The notes: a model not told the origin generated them from the letters alone. A stretch of 64,000 bases of DNA from Hydrurus foetidus (GCA_900617105.1 UYFQ01000600.1:186001-250000), one strand, 5' to 3'; shown: positions 30,229-43,911, counted from the first letter of the stretch. Made by a program: numbers and translations.

Positions 30229-31293
30229 ATGCTTCGCCGCCCCTCGCCCCTTGTCCTGTCCGCCATCGCGCTGGTTATCGCCCTGTCCGCCGGCGGCGTG
30301 GTCCTGGCGCGTCAGGACCAGCAGCGGATGCGCGACCGCCAGACAGCGATCGACACCCGTCGCGAGATCGAGGACCTGCGCCGCGAACTCTCGCGCCTGG
30401 ACAATGCCCGGGTCTCGGCCGGCGAGAACGTCGACCTCAAGCGCGCCCGGCTGGAAGCCCTGAACTACCGCGAAGCCCGGGTGCTGGCCGATCTGGGCCG
30501 CGACCGCCATCGCATGGCCAAGCTGCTGTCGGCCCTGCAGCTGTTTCGCCGCAATCCGCCGCCGGCCCTGCTGGTCAGCCCCGACGACGCCCGCGACGCG
30601 GTGCGGGCCGCCATCCTGATCCGCGCCATGACCCCCGACCTGCAGCGCCGGGCCGACGCCTATTCACGCCAGGCCGTGGCGGTGCGCACCCTGCGCCGCG
30701 AGGCGGCGGCGGCGGCGGCCGAGCTGTTCACCGCCGAAAGCGTGGTCGCCGACCGCAAGGGCGAGATCGAGCGGCTGATCATCGAAAAGACCCGGCTGGA
30801 ACGCGCCTTCGCCCAGGAAGCCCTGGTCGAGGCCAGCGAGCTGCGCACCCTGGGCGCCCTGACCGACGGCCTGACGCCCCGCGCCCCGACCGGTCCCCTG
30901 ACCCTGGCCTCGCCGGCGCCGGGCGGCATCACCAGCCGCTTTGGCTCCACCCTGCCGGCCGGCGGCCGCGCGTCCGGCGTGTCGATCCGCACGGAAAAGG
31001 GGCGGACCGTGACCAGTCCGGCGGCGGGAACCGTCGAATATGCCGGCGCGCTGAATGGCTGGGGCGTCGTGCTTATCCTGCGCGCCCAGGACGCCTATCT
31101 TCTGGTGCTGGCGGGCCTGGATCAGGTTTCGGTCGCGCCCGGACAATCCGTCGCGGCCGGCGCCCCGATCGGAAAGATGGCGGATCGTGTATCTTCCGAG
31201 CCCGAGCTCTATCTTGAGGTCCGCGAGGAGGGCGTTCCGGTCGATCCGGAACGCTGGTTGAAGCAAGGGTCGCCGTGGACGGCTTTTCAGTAA
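30229..31293 (+). CDS. EnvC-like murein hydrolase activator with degenerate M23/LytM domain (LdpF-like)
   Basis: Signal peptide, coiled coil, M23 fold lacking the HxH motif (ELYLEVR); upstream of ctpA. Confidence 0.8.
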   Translation: MLRRPSPLVLSAIALVIALSAGGVVLARQDQQRMRDRQTAIDTRREIEDLRRELSRLDNARVSAGENVDLKRARLEALNYREARVLADLGRDRHRMAKLLSALQLFRRNPPPALLVSPDDARDAVRAAILIRAMTPDLQRRADAYSRQAVAVRTLRREAAAAAAELFTAESVVADRKGEIERLIIEKTRLERAFAQEALVEASELRTLGALTDGLTPRAPTGPLTLASPAPGGITSRFGSTLPAGGRASGVSIRTEKGRTVTSPAAGTVEYAGALNGWGVVLILRAQDAYLLVLAGLDQVSVAPGQSVAAGAPIGKMADRVSSEPELYLEVREEGVPVDPERWLKQGSPWTAFQ

Positions 31294-31390
31294 TGATGGC
31301 CGTAAATAGGACGTTCTCGGCTGGGATGGTCAGGAACGAGTCGTCAAAAGCGCGGCGCTTCACGCGTCGCCAGGGAGCTCTCAAGGCCTA

Positions 31391-32776
31391 ATGCGCAAGT
31401 ACCTGCTCATCGGAGTTTCGGCCTTTGTCCTCGGCGCGGGGACCATGGCCTATCTCAGTCCCATCGCCCAGGCGAACATCCCGCCCAAGACCAAGACCTA
31501 CAAGCTGCTGGAACTGTTCGGCGACGTGCTGGGCACGGTCGAGGACCAGTATGTGGCCGAGGTGGACGACAAGAAGCTGATCGAGGCGGCCCTCGACGGC
31601 ATGCTGACCAGCCTTGACCCGCACTCGGGCTACCTGTCCCCCGACAGCTTCGAGGACATGCAGGACACCACCCGCGGCGAATATGGCGGTCTGGGCATCG
31701 AGGTCACCAGCGAAGAGGGCGTGGTCAAGGTCATCTCGCCGATGGACGGCACCCCCGCCTCGCGGGCCGGCATCCAGGCGGGCGACTACATCACCGCCGT
31801 CAACGGCCAGAGCGTTCTGGGCCTGACGGTCAGCGAAGCCGTCAAGCAGATGCGCGGCGCGCCCGGCGAGGCGGTCAACCTGACCATCGCCCGCGAAAAG
31901 ACCGACCCCTTCGACGTCAAGCTGATCCGCGAAGTGATCAAGCCCAAGGCCGCCATCGCCCGCATGGAAGGCGACTTTGGCTATGTGCGCCTGCCCGGCT
32001 TCAACGAGAAGGCCACCGATGCCCTGGTCTCCTCGATCAACGACCTGAAGGCCAAGAACCCGAAGATGAAGGGTCTGGTCCTGGACATGCGCAACAACCC
32101 CGGCGGTCTGCTCGACCAGGCCGTGGGCGTGGCCGACGTGTTCCTGGACGGCGGCGAGGTGGTCAGCCAGCGCGGCCGCGATCCCCGCAACATCCAGCGC
32201 TACAACGCCCGCCCCGGCGACCTGCTCAACGGCCTGCCCGTGGTGGTGCTGATCAACCAGGGCTCGGCCTCGGCCGCCGAAATCGTCGCCGGCGCCCTGC
32301 AGGACCGCAAGCGCGCCGAACTGGTGGGCCTGACCAGCTTTGGCAAGGGCTCGGTCCAGACCGTGATCCCGCTGCGCGGCGGCGCCGACGGCGCCCTGAA
32401 GCTGACCACGGCCAAATACTTCACGCCGTCGGGTCGCTCGATCCAGAAGACCGGCATCGCGCCGGACCTCGAGGTCGCCCAGACCCGCGACCAGGCCCAG
32501 GACATCGCCAACCGCGTGTGGTTCAGCGAGGCCAGCTTCAAGAACGCGCTCAATGCCGACGAGGGCAAGACCCGCGTCGGGGCCCACACCCCGGCCGAAG
32601 CCCCGCCGACCGCCTTCGACGACAAGAAGGGCGACTTCCAGCTGCAACGCGCCCTGGCCGTGCTGCAGGCCGGCTCGGTCGCCGCAACGCCGAAAATGCC
32701 CAAGCCGGCCGCCAAGATCGCCGAGGTCACGGCCAAGGCCGCCGCCATGGGCAAGCCGGTCGTCGAGAAGAAGTAG
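31391..32776 (+). CDS. ctpA: S41 carboxy-terminal processing protease
   Basis: LDPHS, PDZ GGLGIEV, DMRNNPGGLL, SASAAEIVAGALQD, FGKGSVQ. Confidence 0.95.
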   Translation: MRKYLLIGVSAFVLGAGTMAYLSPIAQANIPPKTKTYKLLELFGDVLGTVEDQYVAEVDDKKLIEAALDGMLTSLDPHSGYLSPDSFEDMQDTTRGEYGGLGIEVTSEEGVVKVISPMDGTPASRAGIQAGDYITAVNGQSVLGLTVSEAVKQMRGAPGEAVNLTIAREKTDPFDVKLIREVIKPKAAIARMEGDFGYVRLPGFNEKATDALVSSINDLKAKNPKMKGLVLDMRNNPGGLLDQAVGVADVFLDGGEVVSQRGRDPRNIQRYNARPGDLLNGLPVVVLINQGSASAAEIVAGALQDRKRAELVGLTSFGKGSVQTVIPLRGGADGALKLTTAKYFTPSGRSIQKTGIAPDLEVAQTRDQAQDIANRVWFSEASFKNALNADEGKTRVGAHTPAEAPPTAFDDKKGDFQLQRALAVLQAGSVAATPKMPKPAAKIAEVTAKAAAMGKPVVEKK

Positions 32777-32786
32777 CCTTCGAAAC

Positions 32787-32811
32787 GGCCCCCATCTTCG
32801 CGATGGGGGCC
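32787..32811 (+). terminator. Stem-loop after ctpA
   Basis: GGCCCCCATC / GATGGGGGCC 10-bp stem; no U-tract. Confidence 0.5.
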
Positions 32812-32870
32812 AATTCGCCGCAGCGCTTTGTTAACCATAAATTTGAAGCTTGCCGGCTAGGGTCACGTCC

Positions 32871-34064
32871 ATGGCCGCCATGTTCTCTCGCAAGCCCGCC
32901 TATGCCGCCTCGGCCCCCGCGCCCGAGGCGAGCGGCGACCTGCGCGCTCGCCTGATGGCGGCTGTGTCCAATCCGTATATCGCCGCCAGCGGCGCGGCCT
33001 GCCTGTTCATGGTCACCCTGGCGGGTCTGGTGCTGGTCACCGGCGATCCCAAGGCCGGCGCGCCGGTCATCCGGGTCGAACTGACCAAGATCGGCGCCAC
33101 CAAGAACGCCCCTGACGGCTGGAAAGAGGCGCTCGCCGACGAGGGCGAGCACGAAGCCCCCTTCAAGCCCGACACCTTCGACCTTTCAGCCAAGCCCATT
33201 GTCGACAGCCCGGTCGAGGCCTCGATCTCGTTCCCCGGCGAGACTGCTCCTGGCGAAGAAGCCCCCGGCATGGTGCACGCCGCCGGCGGCGCCCTGCCCC
33301 AGGCCCCGATCGCCGGTCTGGCCGGCCCCGGTCCCGGCGGCGCTTCGCTGCCGATCATCGCCGCCAATGGCCGCACCGCCGCCGAGGCCTATGCCCGCCC
33401 GTTCACCGCCACGGGCCGCCCCAAGGTGTCGGTCGTGATCGGCGGCCTGGGCCTGAACCCGCAGACCACCCGCGCGGCTATCGAGACCCTGCCGCCCGAA
33501 ATCACCCTGTCCTTCGCGCCCTATGCCGAAGGCCTGCAGGGCTGGATCGACCTGGCCCGCGCCAACGGCCACGAGGTGCTGCTGGAAACCCCGATGGAGC
33601 CGGCCGACTATCCGGCCAATGATCCCGGCCCCTATACCCTGATCGCCGCAAACCGGCCGGAAGACACCGTGCGCAAGCTGGAATGGCTGATGTCGCGCGC
33701 CACCGGCTATTTCGGCCTCAGCAACTATCTGGGCGCGCGGTTCATCGACTCCGATGCGGCCATGAACACCTTCAACGCGGCCTTGAAGGCCCGCGGCCTG
33801 GCCTTTGTCGACGACGGCCTGGCCGCGCGACGCGGCGGATCGATCCCGCGCGCTTCCGCCGATCGGGTGATCGATGATGAGCTGTCGGCTTCCGCCATCG
33901 ACGCCCAGCTGCGCGCCCTGGAGACCGGGGCCAGCGCCCGGGGGCAGTCCATGGGTTCGGGCTTCGCCTATCCGGTGACGATCAACCAGGTGCGGACCTG
34001 GGCCAACGGCCTGACGGCGCGGGGGATACAACTGGCCCCGGCCTCGGCGCTCACCCGTCGATGA
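32871..34064 (+). CDS. Divergent polysaccharide deacetylase family protein
   Basis: VIGGLGL, LPPEITLSFAPY, GHEVLLETPMEP.DYP.NDPGP, NYLGARF. Confidence 0.88.
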   Translation: MAAMFSRKPAYAASAPAPEASGDLRARLMAAVSNPYIAASGAACLFMVTLAGLVLVTGDPKAGAPVIRVELTKIGATKNAPDGWKEALADEGEHEAPFKPDTFDLSAKPIVDSPVEASISFPGETAPGEEAPGMVHAAGGALPQAPIAGLAGPGPGGASLPIIAANGRTAAEAYARPFTATGRPKVSVVIGGLGLNPQTTRAAIETLPPEITLSFAPYAEGLQGWIDLARANGHEVLLETPMEPADYPANDPGPYTLIAANRPEDTVRKLEWLMSRATGYFGLSNYLGARFIDSDAAMNTFNAALKARGLAFVDDGLAARRGGSIPRASADRVIDDELSASAIDAQLRALETGASARGQSMGSGFAYPVTINQVRTWANGLTARGIQLAPASALTRR

Positions 34065-34546
34065 GCCAGGACCCTCTGGCCCACCACCGGCCCAATGTGG
34101 GCGTGGTCTTGTTCCATCCCGACGGCCGCGTCTGGCTGGGCCGCCGCAACAAGCAGCGCCCGCCCCACAACTGGCAGTTCCCACAGGGCGGTGTCGACGA
34201 CGGCGAAGACCTGCTCGACGCCGCCAGGCGCGAGCTGGCCGAGGAAACCGGCGTGGTCTCCGCGACCCTGCTGGGGCGCACCGAGGGCTGGATCGCCTAT
34301 GACTTCCCGCCCGAACTGGTCGGCTCCAAACGCGCACGCGGCTGGGCGGGCCAGAAACAGGTGTGGTTCGCCTTCCGGTTCATCGGTGAAGAGACGGAAA
34401 TCGACCTCGAAGCGCATGGCGAGGTCGAGTTCGACGCCTGGACGTGGGGAAAGCTCGACGAAACCCCCGAACTGATCGTACCCTTCAAGCGCGGGGTCTA
34501 CGAACATGTGGTCGCTGCTTTCGGAAAGTTCGTGGCGGGCGACTGA
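34061..34546 (+). CDS. rppH: RNA pyrophosphohydrolase
   Basis: RPNVGV, WQFPQGGVD...RELAEETG Nudix box, GQKQVWF, IVPFKR. Confidence 0.93.
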   Translation: MSQDPLAHHRPNVGVVLFHPDGRVWLGRRNKQRPPHNWQFPQGGVDDGEDLLDAARRELAEETGVVSATLLGRTEGWIAYDFPPELVGSKRARGWAGQKQVWFAFRFIGEETEIDLEAHGEVEFDAWTWGKLDETPELIVPFKRGVYEHVVAAFGKFVAGD

Positions 34547-34572
34547 TCGCTCCCACAGGGAGAACGATCGGC

Positions 34573-35967
34573 ATGGCCAAGACCGTCCTGATGATTCATG
34601 GCTATGGCTGCGCGAGCAGTTGCTGGGGTCCAGTCGCCGAACGTCTGACCGCCGAGGGCTACAGGGTCGAGGCGCCCACCATCCGCGCCGACCAGCGCAA
34701 GGTCGCCGCGCCCGGCGCGGGCCTAGCCGGTCTCAGCCTGGCCGACTATGTCGCCGACATGAGCGCCCTGGCCGCCGCCCTGGCCAAACAGGACGGTGAA
34801 GCGCCGATCGTGTTCGGACATTCGATGGGCGGCATGATCGCCCAGAAGCTGGCCGAGGCCGGCCTGGTCTCCGGCGCCGTGCTGTTCTCGCCCGCCTCTC
34901 CCGCCGATGCGCGGGGCAAGCCCAAGCTGTCGCCGGTGTTCGCCTTCCTCAACGCCGTGCTGATGTCCAAGCCCGAGACCCGGACGGTCAAGCAGTGGAA
35001 GACCGGCTTCAAGCTTTGCGTGATGAACGCCGTGCCGGCCAGCCGGCATGACACCCTGTACGCCAGGATGGTCTACGATTCGGGCCGCGTGCTGGCCAAT
35101 CTGGCCTGGCCTGACAAGGATCCCAACAAGACCGCCCATGTCGATGTCGACAAGGTCACGGTTCCCATCCTGGTGGTGGCCGGGGCCCTGGACCGCACCA
35201 CGCCTGTCGATGACATGCGCCTGGTGGGCCAGAAATATTCCGCCGTCGGCGGCGACTATGTCGAATATCCCAACAACGCCCACTGGCTGATCGACGAGCC
35301 GGGCACGGACGTCATCCTGGGTGATGTGATCGGCTGGCTGAAGACCAAGGCCCTGGCCGCCGCGCCGGCCAAGGCCGCCGCCGCTGAAACGGCCCCGGCC
35401 AAGGCTGCGCCCGCGCCGAAGGCCAAGGCTGCCCCGGCTCCGGTCAAGCCCGCAGCGGTCGCCGAAGTCGCAGCGCCCGCCAAGGCGGCCAAGCCGAAGG
35501 CTGCGCCCGCCAAGGCGGCTCCAAAAGCCGCCGCCGAGAAACCCGCGCCTGCGCCAAAGGCCGTAAAACCTGCCGCCGCCGCCAAGGCGACCCGGGCCAA
35601 GGCCGCGCCCAAGCCTGCCCCGGCCGCCAAGGTCGTCGAAGCCAAGCCGGCCGTGAAGGCCGCCGCCAAGGCAAAGGCGCCGGCCAAGGCGGCGCCCGTC
35701 GCCGCCCCCGCCAAGGTCGCGGCGCCCGCCGCCAAGGCCCCAGCCAAACCCAAGGCCGCCGCGCCGAAGCCCGCGCCGGCCGCCAAGGTGACAGCGCCGA
35801 AGGCCGCTGCACCGAAGGCTCCGGCCAAGGCTGCTGTGACCAAGGCGCCGCCAGCCAAGGCGGCCGCGCCCGCCAAGGTCGCGCCGAAGGCGGCTGCGAA
35901 GCCCGCCGCCGCCGCCAAGCCGGCTGCGACAACGAAGCCCGCCAAATCTTCGCCTAAGCCCAAATAG
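34573..35967 (+). CDS. Alpha/beta hydrolase with ~200-aa Ala/Lys/Pro-rich C-terminal tail
   Basis: IHG, GHSMGG nucleophile elbow, DRTTP, AHWL, then AKAAP/PAKA repeats. Confidence 0.88.
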   Translation: MAKTVLMIHGYGCASSCWGPVAERLTAEGYRVEAPTIRADQRKVAAPGAGLAGLSLADYVADMSALAAALAKQDGEAPIVFGHSMGGMIAQKLAEAGLVSGAVLFSPASPADARGKPKLSPVFAFLNAVLMSKPETRTVKQWKTGFKLCVMNAVPASRHDTLYARMVYDSGRVLANLAWPDKDPNKTAHVDVDKVTVPILVVAGALDRTTPVDDMRLVGQKYSAVGGDYVEYPNNAHWLIDEPGTDVILGDVIGWLKTKALAAAPAKAAAAETAPAKAAPAPKAKAAPAPVKPAAVAEVAAPAKAAKPKAAPAKAAPKAAAEKPAPAPKAVKPAAAAKATRAKAAPKPAPAAKVVEAKPAVKAAAKAKAPAKAAPVAAPAKVAAPAAKAPAKPKAAAPKPAPAAKVTAPKAAAPKAPAKAAVTKAPPAKAAAPAKVAPKAAAKPAAAAKPAATTKPAKSSPKPK

Positions 35968-36021
35968 AGCGTGTAAGCTCACGCCGTCGGCTGCTTCGCC
36001 GACGGCGTTCGAAAGGCGTCC

Positions 36022-36770
36022 ATGCCCGCACCGGTCATCATGGTCCACGGCGCCTTCTGCGGCGGCTGGACATTCGACAGCTTTCGCCAGCCTTTCGAGG
36101 CCGCCGGTCACGCGGTGCTGACGCCCGACCTTCTGGGGCATGACGGCAAGGTTTCGGTCGCCGGTCGCTCGATGACCGACTACGCCAAGCAGGTCGCCGC
36201 CCTGTGCGCCACCTGCGAGGAGCCCCCGGTCCTGATCGGCCACTCGATGGGCGGCCTGGTCGCCCAGATGGCGGCCGCGCGGGCCAAGGTCTCGCGCCTG
36301 ATCCTGCTGGCCCCCTCGCCGCCCTGGGGCGTGCCGGGCGCCAGTCTGGAAGAGGCGGTCTCGGCCGTCAGCCTCTATGCCCTGGGCCCCTACTGGCTGC
36401 AGGCCGTCGATCCCGACTACAGCGTCGTGGAACGCTACAGCCTGGACCGGATGGAGCGCGCCGATCGCAAGGCCCTGTATGCCCGCATGACGCCCGAAAG
36501 CGGCCGCGCCCTGTGGGAGACCCTCAACTGGTGGCTGGACCCGTTCATGACCACCAGCGCCGCACCTCGGGCGCGCCGACCTTGGCCATCGCCGGCGGCC
36601 GGGACGTCATCCATCCCACGGCCACGGTTCGCCAGACCGCCGCGCGGCTGAACGGATCGGTCGAGGTGTTTGCCCAGATGAGCCACTGGCTGCCGGGCGA
36701 ACCGGGCTGGGAAGCCGTCGCCGAGCGCTGCCTGGACTTCATCACCGCCGAGGGGCGCGCGGCGGCCTAA
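36022..36770 (+). CDS. Alpha/beta hydrolase (frameshift near 36560)
   Basis: MVHGAFCGGW, GHSMGG, MSHWLPGEPGW. Confidence 0.85.
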
Positions 36771-37094
36771 TCAGGCCGGCGGCGAGAACAGCTTCAGCCC
36801 CAGGATGCCTGCCACGATCAGGCCAAAGCAGACCAGCCGCGCCGCCGTGGCCGGCTCCTTGAAGACCACGATGCCGACAATGGCCGTGCCGACCGCGCCG
36901 ATGCCGGTCCATACCGCATAGGCCGTGCCCAGCGGCAGGGTCTTCACCGCCCAGCCCAGCAGGCCCATCGACAGCACCAGGCTGACCGCCGTCAGGATGG
37001 TCGGGATGGGCCGGGTGAAACCCTCGGTGAATTTCAGGCCCACGGCCCAGCCGATCTCGAACAGACCCGCGATGAAAAGGATGATCCAGGCCAT
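36771..37094 (-). CDS. gdx: Guanidinium exporter Gdx/SugE (SMR family)
   Basis: [38 protein letters not shown]; riboswitch upstream. Confidence 0.95.
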   Translation of the reverse strand: MAWIILFIAGLFEIGWAVGLKFTEGFTRPIPTILTAVSLVLSMGLLGWAVKTLPLGTAYAVWTGIGAVGTAIVGIVVFKEPATAARLVCFGLIVAGILGLKLFSPPA

Positions 37095-37117
37095 GACCTG
37101 CTCCACTTTTTATGAGT

Positions 37118-37166
37118 GGGGTCGTCCCCGGAAACGGCAAAAGGCGCGGAGTCGTCCCCGCGCCTT
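37118..37166 (-). promoter_or_regulatory. Guanidine-II (mini-ykkC) riboswitch
   Basis: Two hairpins with ACGA loops: GGCGCGGGG-ACGA-CTCCGCGCC and GGGG-ACGA-CCCC, upstream of gdx. Confidence 0.93.
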
Positions 37167-37215
37167 CCGTTGATATGGGACAGCATGACGGGAGGGCAAG
37201 CCTCCCGCTCCGGCC

Positions 37216-37917
37216 TTAGCGGCTGGTGGTGCTGTACAGGACCTGAGCCTGTTCGAAGTTCTTGCCCACGGGCGAGCCGTCGGTCTTCTTCAGGCGCATA
37301 TAGACCAGACCGGCGTGACCGCTGGCCCAGTTGTCATCCCAGGACACCGTGAAGCGACGGAAGTCGCTGCTGACCACCTGGTCGTTGCGGATCAGGCGCA
37401 GCTGCGGGCTGTTTTCCCAGGTGGCCCAGTCATGCAGGGCGCTGGCCAGAGCCTGGGCCTGAACGTCGCCCTGGGCGTACTGGATGGTGATGGTGCAGAC
37501 GTTCTTGTTGGAACCCGGGTTGTCCAGGACGATCTGGAAGGGCTTGCCCAGGTCCAGAACCCACTGTTCCTTCTTCTTCTTCAGACCGGCCGCCTTGACC
37601 AGGGCCTGGAAGTCGCCGCCGACCACGGCGGGCTTGCAGATGCGATCCAGCACGCTGAGCAGTTGCAGCGAGACGGGGTCGGTGGTGGGCGGCGGACGGA
37701 CCGGTTCGACATAGGTGTCAGCCGGAACCGTGCCGGCGGCCGGAGCCGGGACAACAGGCGCGGCGGCCGGATCGACAGGCGCGGCCGGAGCCGGTTCCGG
37801 TGTCTGGGCCGGAGCCGCAGCAGGCGCTGCGGCGGGAGCCGGAGCGGTTTGCTCCTGGGCGACGGCGGCGGTCGAAACCACACCGAGGGCGATCAGGCTG
37901 GCGAGCGCGAGGCGCAT
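37216..37917 (-). CDS. Hypothetical secreted protein with Pro/Ala-rich linker
   Basis: Signal peptide ending AVAQ, typical codon usage. Confidence 0.75.
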   Translation of the reverse strand: MRLALASLIALGVVSTAAVAQEQTAPAPAAAPAAAPAQTPEPAPAAPVDPAAAPVVPAPAAGTVPADTYVEPVRPPPTTDPVSLQLLSVLDRICKPAVVGGDFQALVKAAGLKKKKEQWVLDLGKPFQIVLDNPGSNKNVCTITIQYAQGDVQAQALASALHDWATWENSPQLRLIRNDQVVSSDFRRFTVSWDDNWASGHAGLVYMRLKKTDGSPVGKNFEQAQVLYSTTSR

Positions 37918-38065
37918 TATCGAGATATCCCCATCAGGCTAGAGGTCGGCATTAAAGCCGACAGACGGTCCCTCGCAACCCTTATGGCGACAGATTGCGA
38001 CGGAGATTGGGCCACAAGTGTAATTTCCTGCGTCCATACGTCGCGCAGGTTCCCCCCAGACGCGA

Positions 38066-38098
38066 AAACGCCTCCGCCCTGGGCAGGACGGAGGCGTG
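38066..38098 (-). terminator. Rho-independent terminator of the atp operon
   Basis: ACGCCTCCG...CGGAGGCGT stem followed by T-run on the minus strand. Confidence 0.75.
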
Positions 38099-38121
38099 TC
38101 TTCGAATCAGTCTGGAGCCGA

Positions 38122-38382
38122 TCAGGCCGCTTCGACAGCGTGCTCGGCCAGGATCGTCAGGCCGTCGGGCCCCACGTCGGCGAAACCGCCCTGGATGTCG
38201 AACAGCTTGGTGGTCGCGCCGTCCTTCACGGTGACGCGGCCTTCGCGCAGCGTCGTCATGAAGGGCGCATGGTTGGCCAGAACACCGAAGTCGCCTTCAG
38301 CGCCCGGAGCCTGGACCATATCGACCTCGCCCGAGAACAGTTCGCGTTCCGGAGCGACCAGAGAAAAGTGCAGCTTGGCCAT
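38122..38382 (-). CDS. atpC: ATP synthase epsilon subunit, short 86-aa form
   Basis: LVAPERELF, PGAEGDFGVLANHAP, GGFADV; ends after the beta-sandwich. Confidence 0.95.
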   Translation of the reverse strand: MAKLHFSLVAPERELFSGEVDMVQAPGAEGDFGVLANHAPFMTTLREGRVTVKDGATTKLFDIQGGFADVGPDGLTILAEHAVEAA

Positions 38383-38635
38383 TATTCCACGATCTCCACG
38401 TCGCCGAGAGCCGCCTCGACGTCTTCGTCGGTCTGGATCTCGGTGCCGCAGAACGGGCAGAAGCGGATGGTGGCCAGCACGACGCCGGTCTCGCCCTCTT
38501 CTTCCCGCTCTCCGAGATTGAGCAGAATCAGGCCGCTGTCATGCTGGACAAGAGCGTCGGCCGGGTCCGAAGAGACCGCGTCCTCAAGCTCCTCGCAGCA
38601 GAAGCCAACCAGGTCGTGGTCATGTTCGTCGGTCA

Positions 38636-38636
<1 letters not shown>
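38382..38636 (-). CDS. Small acidic Cys-motif protein inside the atp operon
   Basis: 84 aa with FCC and FCPFCG; start and stop codons overlap atpD and atpC. Confidence 0.8.
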
Positions 38637-40285
<1,649 letters not shown>

Positions 40286-40302
40286 TTACGTTAGGCTTTT
40301 GA

Positions 40303-41181
40303 TCAGACGGCTTCGGCGCCGGAGATGATCTCGATCAGCTCCTTGGTGATCTGGGCCTGGCGGGAACGGTTATATTCGAGGGTGTAGCGCTTGATCATGT
40401 CGCCGGCGTTGCGCGTGGCGTTGTCCATCGCCGTCATCTGGCTGGCGTAGAAGCCGGCCATGTTGTCGAGCAGGGCCGACAGGATCTGGACCGTCAGGTT
40501 GCGCGGCAGCAGGGTCTCGAGGATGGCCTCTTCCGAGGGCTCATACTCATAGACGGCGCTGGCCCCCGTCGCCGGAGCGGCCGAGGCGTCCACCGTCGCC
40601 GGGATCAGTTGCAGCGCGGTCGGGGTCTGGATGACCACCGACTTGAAGCGGCTGTAGAACAGCGTGACCACGTCGATGTCGCCGGCCTCATAAAGGCGCG
40701 TGACCACGTCGGCGATCGGCTGGGCCACCGACAGGGTGAACTGGCGATAGGCCGACAGGTCGAAATTCTCGACGATGCGGTCGGCATACAGCCGGCGCAG
40801 CTGCACGGTCGATTTCTTGCCGACGCAGACGATCTTCACGTCCTTGCCCTGGGCGATCAGCCTGTCGATGTGCAGGCGCGCGGCCCGCACGATCGACGAG
40901 GTGAAGCCACCGGCCAGACCGCGATCGGCCGCCGCGACGATGATCAGGTGGCGATCATCGCGACCGGTGCCGGTCAGCAGGGCCGGAGCCCCGTCTCCCG
41001 ACACGCCGGCCGCCAGGTTGGCGATCACAGCCGCCAGACGCCGGGCGTAGGGACGGGCTGATTCAGCCGCGTCCTGGCTCCGGCGCAGCTTGGCTGCCGC
41101 CACCATCTGCATCGCTTTCGTGATCTTTTGCGTCGCTTTGACGCTCGAGATCCGATTGCGCATTTCCTTCAAGCTGGCCAT
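40303..41181 (-). CDS. atpG: ATP synthase gamma subunit
   Basis: [44 protein letters not shown]. Confidence 0.98.
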   Translation of the reverse strand: MASLKEMRNRISSVKATQKITKAMQMVAAAKLRRSQDAAESARPYARRLAAVIANLAAGVSGDGAPALLTGTGRDDRHLIIVAAADRGLAGGFTSSIVRAARLHIDRLIAQGKDVKIVCVGKKSTVQLRRLYADRIVENFDLSAYRQFTLSVAQPIADVVTRLYEAGDIDVVTLFYSRFKSVVIQTPTALQLIPATVDASAAPATGASAVYEYEPSEEAILETLLPRNLTVQILSALLDNMAGFYASQMTAMDNATRNAGDMIKRYTLEYNRSRQAQITKELIEIISGAEAV

Positions 41182-41213
41182 TCGGCGCTACTCTCTCCGA
41201 GCGTTCCGAGGGC

Positions 41214-42786
<1,573 letters not shown>

Positions 42787-43341
42787 TTAGGCGCGCTTCA
42801 GGGCGAATTTCAGGGAATCGAGCTTCGAACGGAGCGAAGCATCGAACAGGCGGGAGCCGACGCGCACCTTGAGGCCACCCAGAAGGGCTGCGTCGATGCG
42901 GGTCGAAAGTTCGGGGGTCTTGCCCAGGGCCGAAGCCAGGGCGGCTTGCACGCCCTTCAGCTGGGCGGCGGTCAGTTCGGTGGCCGAGGTGACCTCGGCC
43001 GAGACGACGCCGCGATGCTTGGCCGACATTTCGGCGAAGGCCGTGATCGCGCCCATCAGGTCGCCGGCGCGGCCATTGGTGGCCACCAGACCGATGAACT
43101 TGCTGGTCAGGGGCTGGAAGCCGGCCTTCTTGGCGATGGCGGCCAGGCCCTTGGCCTTGTCGTCCGACGAGAACGCGGGCGAGGCGACAAGGCGGCGCAG
43201 ATCGGCGCTGTCGGCATACATCGCCTTCAACGACTTCAGGTCGGCCTCGACCTTGGTCAGTTGATTGCCTTCGATCGTCAGTTCGAACAGGGACTGCGCA
43301 TAGCGCTGACCCGCATCCGTCGCCTTGGTTTCGTCCGCCAC
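42787..43341 (-). CDS. atpH: ATP synthase delta subunit
   Basis: [37 protein letters not shown]. Confidence 0.96.
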   Translation of the reverse strand: MADETKATDAGQRYAQSLFELTIEGNQLTKVEADLKSLKAMYADSADLRRLVASPAFSSDDKAKGLAAIAKKAGFQPLTSKFIGLVATNGRAGDLMGAITAFAEMSAKHRGVVSAEVTSATELTAAQLKGVQAALASALGKTPELSTRIDAALLGGLKVRVGSRLFDASLRSKLDSLKFALKRA

Positions 43342-43520
43342 TTGGTATCCGCCCGGTGCGTTGCAATGGCCGCGGACAAGAAGATTAACCCTTGTCCCGG
43401 CTTAAAGGCTTGAGCGCGCTTGGAAAAAGCACATGTAGAGCCGGTGCTGATGCGCCGGCTCGTCTGAAGCCGCGCGCCTGATAACACGGGCTTTTCGCAG
43501 TCGCAACCAAACCGGCGCGA

Positions 43521-43772
43521 TCAGACCCCGACGCGGCGAAACACCGCCGAGGCGGCGGCGGCGAGGGTTCCGTTACGGCGCCGCACTTCGCCCTGCGCGA
43601 ACACCAGGCTGCGCGTCGACCGTTCCACCCAGGCGCGCACCGCCAGGTCGTCGTCAGACTCCGACTCGGGGCCGTCCGGGCCGTAGTCGATGGTCAGGGA
43701 CGATGGACGGGTTTCAGCTCCGGCGATATCGCGCAGGGCGGCTTCCAGCTGGGCGGCGAGGGTCGTGCTCAT
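43521..43772 (-). CDS. Small hotdog-fold/thioesterase-like protein
   Basis: SLTIDY...WVERSTRSLVFAQGEV...ASAVFR. Confidence 0.6.
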   Translation of the reverse strand: MSTTLAAQLEAALRDIAGAETRPSSLTIDYGPDGPESESDDDLAVRAWVERSTRSLVFAQGEVRRRNGTLAAAASAVFRRVGV

Positions 43773-43804
43773 GGACGTTCAACTACGCAGGATCGGCGAA
43801 AAGA

Positions 43805-43833
43805 AAAAGGGCGGCGGGACAGGCCCGCCGCCC
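43805..43833 (-). terminator. Rho-independent terminator
   Basis: GGGCGGCGGG / CCCGCCGCCC stem followed by T-run on the minus strand. Confidence 0.85.
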
Positions 43834-43911
43834 CATCAGGCGAATGCTCGAGGAAACAGCCAGACAGGGCGACGATCGCCCCAACGCGTCCGGGTACTAA
43901 ACAGAGGTGGC

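Noticed and set aside
35350..35960. Tandem repeat or CRISPR-like array
   Set aside because: Repetition comes from Ala/Lys/Pro codons in frame; no fixed repeat-spacer period and no cas genes in the window
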